Below are positions 12,801-22,976 of a stretch of DNA of 64,000 nucleotides, piece after piece. The notes under the pieces are model-generated. The model saw nothing but the letters and a program-made list of their open reading frames with translations, was not told the origin of the DNA and did not search any database. Made by a program: the position numbers and the translations under genes. Within the stretch, counting starts at the first letter, position 1. Every line of letters begins with the position of its first letter. This DNA comes from Leucoraja ocellata (Eukaryota), in NCBI GenBank assembly GCA_036785375.1, contig JAWMAR010000006.1, positions 19,344,001 through 19,408,000 on the forward strand, read 5' to 3'.

Positions 12801-15800
12801 AAAAAAACCACCTTGCGTGAGGCAGAGTTACAGCAAGGAAGTTATGTTAAAACTTCTTGAAATATTAGATAGGATGGAGCCAAAGAATTGTTGTCAATTC
12901 TGGCAACACACCACGGGAATGGTTTCAAAGCCTTGAAGAGGATGCAGAGGGGATTAACCTGATGTTCTCTGGAACGAGAGCCAGTTAAGGTTGAAAAACT
13001 GCTCTGTTCTCTTGAGAACATCGAAACATACGTACAGGGAGTGCCAGTGGTCAGGATCGAACCGGCGTCTCTGGAGCTGTGAGGCAGCAACTCGACTGCT
13101 GCTGCCACGGTGCCTCCCTCAGAGCTTGTGCAGTACTCCGCGTTTCCATGCGACCGAGAAGGCCCTTCGGCCCATCAAGTCTCTGACAATCCCATTCCTC
13201 GGCAAACATTTTCTCCCACATTTCCATCCATTCGCACGGCCGATTAATGTACCAACCCACATGACTTGAGGATTTAAGAAGGAACTGCAGATCGAAGGCA
13301 GACAAAAATGCTGGAGAAACTCAGCGGGTACAGCAGCATCTATGGAGCGAAGGAAATAGGCAACGTTTCGGGACGAAACGTTGCCTATTTCCTTCGCTCC
13401 ATAGATGCTGCTGCACCCGCTGAGTTTCTCCAGCATTTTTGTGTACCTTCAGGTTTGTAGGTTAATTAGCTTTTGTAAAGTGTCCCTAGTGATGGGATTC
13501 AATGGGCCGAAGTGCCCATTTCTATGCTGTATCTCAAAACTAAACTATCTGCTCCCTATACCTCTCTGCAGCCTTTCTCCCTTTAGCCCTGTAAACAGGG
13601 CCTGTTTCCACGCTGTATTGCTAAAAACTAAAACAAAGGGTGAAACACAGGCGGTTTTCTCTCACCTGGGAGTGATCCTTGGCTGGAGAGCTGCGACGAG
13701 GGTCCCGGTGTGGGGCTGGAAGCCAGGCACGGCCTCGTCAGTGTACATCCCGCCATTCTGTCTGTGATTCAGGCTCACTACGTCCGTCATGACCACCAGG
13801 CCCGTTTCCTAGGTAACCGGGGAAGCAGGCGCAGGTCAAAGGGTAGAAGAGCGAAAACAGCTGCCAAATGTCGCTGAGCAACAACATCTGTGGGAACCTG
13901 TACCCCAGTGAGACTCCGCATCTCGAGAACCTATCCCAACCCCATCGGGCAAAAGATATGGAAGTGTGAAAATGCACACCTCCAGAATCAGGGGCAGTTT
14001 TTCCCCCAGCTGCTATCAGGCAACTGAACCATTCTACCAACACCTAGAGAGCTGTCCAGAACTAACAGCTACCTCATTGAAGACACTCAAGACTGCCTTT
14101 GGTCGGACTGACTTAATCTTGCACTAAACGTTATTCCCTATATTATGTATCTGTACACTGCGGATGGCTCGATTGTAATCATGTGTTGTCTTTCCGCTGA
14201 CTGGTTAGCACGCAACAAAAGCTTTTCACTGCGCCTTGGTGCTCGTTACAATAAACTAAACTCAAACTTAATGGGAGTTAATATCTGGAGGTAGCAAAGA
14301 GTCAGTGTCTGCATCACCCCATGACATCCTTATTAATCAAAAATCTGACCACCTCCGCCAGATTCACCACCCTCTGACTAAAGAAATATCTTCTCATCCC
14401 CTTTCTAAAGGAACGTCCTTTTATTCTGAAGCTATGGTTTTTTGGTCCTCGACTCTTGCACTAGTGGAAGCATGGTCACCGCATCCACTCCATCCAGGCT
14501 GTTCTCTATTCGGTTCTGTTGTGCTGCTGCAAGAGAGGATCTCATTGTTCTGTTTCGGTGCGTAGGAGAATAAAACGCTCTCGGCTCTCGAGGCGAGAGT
14601 CAGTGTCTGGCGGGGAGGAGGATGCAGCTGATAACGGAGGTGCGATGCGGGAGGTGGTGCTTACACTGAAGGCAAAGTGGGCGTCCTTGGTGATGTCCCA
14701 GTGCCACGGGAACACGGACGATCTCCGTCTCCGTGACGACAGCCCCGGCCACCAGAAGTGACCATCCTCCTTCGGGATTCCAAAGGCGTCGGAAACGTCG
14801 TAGTCGGCCAGTTCCTGGAAGATCTGGAGAAAGAGCGGACAGGGTTAAAGGTCAGCAGGCAATCAGGCGATGTTCCCTGACCCGGCACTGATTCCAGTGT
14901 CTCCACACCAGGTAGCTCCCACCTACAGGATTCACTGGGGAGACCTGGAGCTTGATGTAGTCGTGGAGTTAATAAGAGTTGGGCGGCACAGTGGCGCAGC
15001 GGTAGAGTTGCTGCCTCACAGCGCCAGAGACCTGGGTTCGATCCTGACCACGGAGCTTCTACTTTCACCCCGTGACCTGCGTGGGTTTTCTCCAGGTGCT
15101 CCAGTTTCCTCCCATACTTCGATGACGTACAAGTTTGTAGGCTAATTGGCTTGGTAAAATTATAAATTCACCCTTGCGCACGTGTGTGGGATGGTGCTAG
15201 TATGCGGGGATCGCTGGTCGACATGGACTCGGGGGGTCAAAGAGCCTGTTTCCTCATTGTATCTCTAAACTCAACTAAAGCAACTAGGTTATATGGTACA
15301 GAAACAGGCCCTTCTGCCCAACTCTTCCATGCTGACCCAAAAGTGTCTTCCTGAGCTCGTCTTATTTGACCCGATTTGGCGCATCTCCATCCAAACCTTT
15401 GTTATCTATGCACTTGAACAAATGTCTTTTAAACATTGTAATTAATATCACATCCACCACATGCTCATTTATCATGCCCACCACCCTCTGCGTCTCTTCC
15501 AACCCTAAGGGAAGAAAAGATTGTGACCATCCACATTATCTATGGCCCCTCATGATTTTATCCACCTCGATTCGGTCACTCCTCAGCAACCTGACCCCCC
15601 TGTCATGGTGCGGTCTCACCGACACCTTGTTCAATTGTAACATGAAGTCCCAACTCTTGTGCCCAGAGCCCCGTGGATCTTCATGGTTGAGGGGTTGAAT
15701 CGTCACAGAACTGAAGGAAGTTAAAATACAGAAAACCCCAACCTAAATAAATAAATGATCAGTCTGGATGGGTGGAATGCCCATTTGCTGTTGCTGTGGC

Positions 15801-18800
15801 CCATGGAGGAATGGCTTCATAAGCACCCAAGTCATTGGAGCGGAATCAGGCCATTCGGCCCATTGAGTCTACTCCACCATTCATTCATGGCTGATCTATC
15901 TCTCCCTCACAACCCCATTCATAGAAACATAGAAATTAGGTGCAGGAGTAGGCCATTCGGCCCTTCGAGCCTGCACCGCCATTCAATATGATCATGGCTG
16001 ATCATCCAACTCAGTATCCCGTACCTGCCTTCTCTCCATACCCTCTGATCCCCTTAGCCACAAGGGCCACATCTAACTCCCTCTTAAATATAGCCAATGA
16101 ACTGTACTCGACTACCCTGTGGCAGAGAGTTCCAGAGATTCACCACTCTCTGTGTGAAAAAAGTTCTTCTCATCTCTACTGCCTTCTCCTCCCATCTCCC
16201 CATAACCCCTGACGCCCGTACTAATCAACAACCTATCCATCTCCAGTTTAAAAATACCTAATGACCGCCTCAACAGCCGTCTGTGGCAATGAATTCCACA
16301 GATTCACCACCCTCTGGCTAAAGAAATGACTCCTCATCTCCTTCCTAAAGGTACAAAAACTTCAAAGCGTCTCCTTGGCGCTGGTGTGTAATTGAGACTT
16401 GAGTTTAGGTTTATAACGGACACATATGAGGGTGGGCACAGTGCTGCAGCTGTAGCCAGAGACACGGTTTTGATCCTGACTACGGATGCTGCCTGTGCGG
16501 AGTTTGCACGTTCCCCCTGTGACCGTGTAGGTTTACTCCGGGTGCTCTGGTTTCCTCTCACAGTCCAAAGACGTGCAGGTTTGTAGGTCAATCGCCATTG
16601 GTAACAAATTGGAAATTGTCAATAGACAGTAGACAACAGGTGCAGGAGTAGGCCATTCGGCCCTTCGAGCCAGCACCGCCATTCAATGTGATCATGGCTG
16701 ATCATCCCCAATCAGTACCCCGTTCCTGCCTTCTCCCCATATCCCCTGACTCCGCTATTTGTCCCAAGTGCGTTGGGTAGAACTAGGATATGCCGCGGAC
16801 TCTGTGGACCGAAGGGCCTGCCTCCACGCTGTATCGCTAACGTCTAGAGAGGACAGGCTGTGACTACCTTGTCCGTGGTGAGCTGGAAGCCGGGTTTGAG
16901 CAGATACACGCTCTTGTCCACGGTTGCCACGCAAACGCACGTCCGTGGCTCGCCCTTCACTGCCACGCTGATGAGGTCGCCAGGCTTTGTCTTGTTGGAG
17001 GAGAGTGAGATCGAGATCTGCACATTGAATCACAAAAAAATAACAGGTACAATTCATAAATCCGGCACAGTTACCTCACCCCCCCCCCCACCCTCCAAAC
17101 CTCACGGCACCCCCCAAGCCATGTGAGGATTTTCCCAGCCCAGGTGACCAGGCAGGTTCCTGGGCCATCACTTGGCCAGTTTCAAATGTTATAAATTAGT
17201 TCCAATCCGAAACGTCAAGAATGTTTCATTGCCATATAAACTCCACATATCCTCATCTTCGCCATCTCTGTATTCCCGACAGTTTTTACAGCTCCCAGAT
17301 CTTTGTGCTTCTCCCAATACTGGACATTGCTGTATCTCCTCTTCCCTTCCCCATAGCTAACTGATCCATTCTACATTTTCCTTGACCTTTGTCTCCTTTA
17401 AACCGTCGTTTTCACACCTTCACCTTCCATATCTCTACGTCCCCCTCTCCCCTGACTTGGTCTGAAGAAGGGTCTCGACCCGAAACGTCACCCATTCCTC
17501 TCCGGAGATGCTGCCTGTCCCGCTGAGTTACTGCAGCATTTTGTGTCTAACCCTTATTGCTGTCTGTATATTGGAGGCATCTGGATCCCAGATTGTAGAA
17601 CTTTCCTTTCATAAACCTCTGCATCTCACCACCTTGAACCCCCTTTCAAACCCTTGTTTTAATCCACCCTTCCCCACCAACCATGCAGTTGATTCACAGA
17701 GTCAGTCGACACAGAGACGGGGCCCTTGTACTCAGCTGCCCTCATGTGCGAGATGCAGGAAGATTGTTCCCGATGTTGGGGAAGTCCAGGACAAGGGGTC
17801 ACAGCTTAAGGATAAGGGGGAAATCCTTGAAATCCTTTAAAACCGAGATGAGAAGAACTTTTTTCACACAGAGAGTGGTGAATCTCTGAAACTCTCTGCC
17901 ACAGAGGGTAGTTGAGGCCAGTTCATTGGCTATATTTAAGAGGGAGTTAGATGTGGCCCTTGTGGCTAAGGGGATCAGGGGGTATGGAGAGAAGGCAGGT
18001 ACGGGATACTGAGTTGGATGATCAGCCATGATCATATTGAATGGCGGTGCAGGCTCGAAGGGCCGAATGGCCTACTCCTGCACGTAATTTCTATGTTTCT
18101 ATGTGTAGCTCAGTGTCAGAGTTAGTTTGCCGACACTCTATGCAAGTTTAAGAAAGAACTGCAGATGCTGGAAAAATCGAAGGTAGACAAAAATGCTGGA
18201 GAAACTCAGTGGGTTAGTTAGTTTGTTTAGTTTATTGTCACGTGTACAGTGAAAAGCTTGTGTTGCTTGATAACCAATCAGCAGAAAGACAAACACACAA
18301 TTACAATCGAGCCAATTACAGTGTATAGATAGATACATGATTAGGAATAACGTTTAGAGCAAGGTTGTGTCGAAGTAGAGATATAAGAGCGTGGAGCGAT
18401 TGTAATATGTGATTGCAGATCTGCTTTTATATTATTGTAGGTGATAGATATTTGCAGGCTGCTGTTGTTGCAAACGCACCTTGTTCTCGTAGGACGGCTG
18501 GACTGGAACTTGGATGCTGTCGGTGATGCCCTCGCCATTGTCTCGCACGTAGTACAGGAGCAGGCGGCTGACGGGGCTCATGTTGTGCGTGACCGTGAAG
18601 TGGATGTAGGTGGTGCACACGCCAACCTCGCTGGCTGGAGACGCAGGCCGCTCTGAGAAGGAAGAGAGAGGTACAACTCCATTCATCTGCCTGACCACAC
18701 TGTCTCCCGCTCCCTCCCTCCCTCCCTCCACCTGACCACACTGTCTCCCACTGCACCTCTGCCCCATCTCCGTTCTGTCCATCTCAGCCTCCCTCAGTCC

Positions 18801-21800
18801 AATGACCGCTCCGCCCAAATCTCCATTCCTTCTTCCGACTCTCCCTCCCTCCGTCTGATCATCCACCTCTCTGTCTGACCTCCCCTTAGTGCAAGCCTCC
18901 CTCCCTATCCCAACCTCCCTCCTCTTCCCTCTCTGTCCAACCCACTCTCTCTGACCCTCCCTCCCTCTGCCTAACCCTCCATCTCCAGCCTTCCCTCTCT
19001 CCTTTGGACCCTCTGTCCCTTCTGTTCTCCATTCTATCTGGCCCTCCCTCCCTCCTTGACCACTTGGTCCCCTCCGGCCGATCCTCCGTCCCTCCCTTCC
19101 ATCCGCCCCTGGCCCTGATGCTCACTGTGCCTGATCCACTCTACCACTTCCTTTCACGGGTCCATTCCTTCCCACTGACCCTCTCTATCTGACTCTCCCT
19201 CTCTCAACAATCCTCTCTTCCTCCTTCCACCTCCATCTGACCCCCCCCCCCTCCACCCTCGTGCCCGACCTTCAGCCCACCCGGTCGGACTCACGGTTCA
19301 GTGGGCTCTGCGACGATTGTTTCTTCTTGTCGAAGATGACGGTGGCCCTCCTGCTGCGCTGCTGGGTGGCGCTGGCCGGCTGCATGCCTGTCCTCACAAT
19401 GTTGCCCCGCGAGGCTATCTCGTAGTGCAAGGCAAAGTCACAGGGGCAGGTGGATTTCACTGGGATCCAAGCCTCTTCCCCCACCTGGAGCAGTCAAGAG
19501 GTGAGAGAGCTTCATGAGACTCGGGGACTGAGGCTGCCACTGACTCCAGCCACACGGGGGCAGCAGGGGTAACGAGCGGCCGGCCTTGGCGGGGTTTATA
19601 GCGGCTTTGGGCGGCACAGTGGCGCAGCGATAGAGTTGCTGCCTCACAGCTGCAGAGACCCAGCTTCAAACCTGACTACGGGTTTGCACATTCTCCCCGT
19701 GACCGCGTGGGTTTTCTCCGGGTGCTCCGGTTTCCTCCCACACTCCAAAGATCCACAGGTTTGTACTTTAATTGGCTTTGGTAAAAATTGTAAATTGTTT
19801 GTCGCGGGTAGGATAGAACTAGTGTATAGGGTGATCGCTGGTCAGTGCGGACTCGGTGGGCCGAAGGGCCTGTTTTCACACAGTATCTCTAACGTCTAAA
19901 GCAGCAAGACAGGCCAGGAGGTGACTCCCAGAACTGAGCTCCAGAGGGAAATGTCAGCGATGTCCCATAGTCTACGGTGGGGAAAGGCTGCAGGGAGGAC
20001 CCAGCTCACTTGTACAATGCCGGAGTGGGTCCTGGAATATTCACCAATGGCCTGGTTGGTATACAGGCATTGCTTCCGAGTTTGTAGATAAACCAAAACT
20101 CGGAAATATAATGAACAATGACAAGAATACTAACAGAATGCAGGTGAACAGAGATTGCTGTAGGATTGGACCACCACAGGGATCAGTTTACTTTAGATTT
20201 CAGGGGTACAACGTGGAAACACGACCTTCAGCCCATCGAGTCTGCGCCAACCAGCGATCACCCCGTATACTAGCATTATCCTACGTACCTGGGGCAGTGT
20301 ACAATTTACAGAAGCCAATTAACCTTCAAATGTGGGGCGTCTTTGGAGTGTGGGAGGAAGCCAGAGCGCCCGGAGAAAACCCACGCGGTCACAGGGGGAA
20401 CGTGCAAACTCCGTACTGACAGCACCCCGTAGTCAGGATCGAACCTGGGTCTCTTTCACTGTAAGGCAGCAACTCTACCGCTGTGCTGGCCCAAAATTAG
20501 TAATATGGAGTGAATCATTTTGGTTGGAAGGATGAAAGGCAAGAATGTATAAATGTACAATTTTAAAATGGGGCCAAGAATAGATAGATTATCAACGTCT
20601 TTGAAGGTTCAGCCTGAGAATGCTGATTAAATAAGAATCCCTGACCTCGCGTGAGGCAGAGCTACAGCGAGGAAGTTATGTTAAAACCTCATGAAATAGG
20701 CTGCAGCCAAAGAATTGTGTTCAACTTTGGCAACACACCTCGGGAACGATTTCAAAGCCTTGAAGAGGATTAACCTGAAGTTGACTGGAACGAGGAACGT
20801 CCGATGACTTCGGAGAGACCTGTTAAAACTCCTCTGTTCCCTTCAGAAGAGAGAGGCTTAAGAGGGCATTTAACAAGGTGTCGAAAGTAACGAGAGGTTT
20901 TGGCAGAGAAACAAAACGAGATATGGCTTCCAGGGGCAGGGGGGGTTTGATGGCCAGCGGACACAGATTATGACGATCAGATAACAAGAGTTGTTGTGAT
21001 CACGAACCTGCCTGTCGCAAAAGGGCAGAGGGATTTTCAAAGGAAACCGAGCAAGTATTTTACAGGCAAACGAACCTCAGAGTTCAAGGGAAAGAACAAG
21101 GGAGTGGGACAAGCAGAAACGTTCACTGAGAGATGGAGAACAGATTCACTAGGATGAATAAATCACTCACGGTTTGAGCATTATAAGGACCGCGTCTGTG
21201 GTGTTGGTGATCAGGAGTAAAATTTGGTCGTTCGGCCCATCGAGTCTACTCCGCCATTCAATCATAGCTGATCTCTTTCTCCCTCCTAACCCCATTTTCA
21301 CGCCTTCCCCCCATAACCCCGTACTAATCAAGAATCTATCTATAGGTACACAAAAATGCTGGAGAACTCAGCGGGTGCAGCGGCATCTATGGAGTGAAGG
21401 GAATAGCAACGTTTCAGGCCGAAACGTTGCCTATTTCCTTCCCTGAGTTTCTCCAGCATTTTTGTCTACCTTTGATTTTCCAGCATCTGCAGTTCCTTCT
21501 TAAACACAAGAATCTATCTATCTCTGCCTTAAAAATATCCATTGACTTGGCCTCCACAGCCTTCGGTGGCAAGGAATACCACAGATTCACCACCCTCTGA
21601 CTAAAGAGATTCCTCTTCATCTCCTTCCTATGACTTCTGGTCCTAGACTCTCCCACTGGTGGAAGCATCCTCTCCACATCCACTCCATCCAGTTATTTGC
21701 AAGTTTTAATCCCTGACTGAACCTTCGCTGGAGAATCAAGCCTTAGTTTCCAAATATCTTGCAATGTTTCCTTTTATTGTTTAGAAATACAGCATGGAAA

Positions 21801-22674
21801 CTGCCCTTCGGCCCATCTAGTCCATGCCGACCATCGATCACTCGTTGAAACTAGTTCTATGTTATCCCACTTTCTCATTCACTCCCTACACACTGGGAGC
21901 AGTTGACAGAGGACAATTAACCTGCACGTCTTTGGATTGTGGGAGGAAACCGGAGCACCCGGAGGATCCCATGCAGTCACAGGGAGGACGTGCAAACTCC
22001 ACCCAGACAGCACCCGAGGTCAGGATTGAACCCCAGGACTCTGGTGCTGAGAGGCAGCAGCTCCACCAGCTGCATCACTGCACTTCCCTTCCGTGAGACT
22101 GGCAAGGAGGGAACGGAAGAGGAGGCGGTGTAGAGAGTAACAGCTCACCTGAGTGGTCGCTCAGGCCCCTGCAGCTGAATATGGCATTTGCTCGGTGAAT
22201 ACCAGCTGCTGATGGAGAGGTAGCTGGGGAGATCTGGTCGCCCGCCGGGGTTCCATTGATGGCCGTCACCTTAGTCTGAAACAGAGCAAGAATGTTATTA
22301 GTACAGGTCCACCACTGATCCTCCAGCACCCGGCTCCAGAGTCTTTCTGGATTCTCCATTTTGCCAGATCAACAGAGGTCTTGGCCTCCAACAGTATGTC
22401 AACGCAAAGGTTTGGTGAACATTAATGCATTGAAACATAGAAAATAGGTGCAGGAGTAGGCCATTCGGCCCTTCGAGCCTGCACCGCCATTCAATATGAT
22501 CATGGCTGAGGGTGTGAGAGATAGTGAGAGCATGTATGGGGGGTGTGAGAGAGAGAGTGTGAGAGAGAGTGTGAGAGAGAGAGTGTGAGAGAGACTGTGA
22601 GAGAGAGAGTGTGAGGGGAGAGAGTGTGAGAGAGAGTGAGAGAGAGAGAGGAGAGAGTGAGAGAGAGTGTGAGA

Positions 22675-22708
<34 letters not shown>

Positions 22709-22945
22709 TGTGAGTGTTTGAGAGAGAATGAGAGAGGATAGTGAAACATAGAAACATAGACAATAGGTGCAGGAGTAGGCCATTTGGCCCTTCGAGCCTG
22801 CACCGCCATTCAATATGATCATGGCTGATCATCCAACTCAGTATCCTGTACCTGCCTTCTCTCCATACCCCCTGATCCCTTTAGCCACAAGGGCCACATC
22901 TAACTCCCTCTTAAATATAGCCAATGAACTGGCCACAACTACAGG

Positions 22946-22976
<31 letters not shown>

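Noticed and set aside
14980-15055. tRNA gene
   Set aside because: A/B boxes belong to the tRNA-derived head of an HE1 SINE; no full cloverleaf, and it continues into the SINE body
22298-22832. Ser/Leu/His-rich ORFs
   Set aside because: Translations of a (GA)n microsatellite between two CR1 tails
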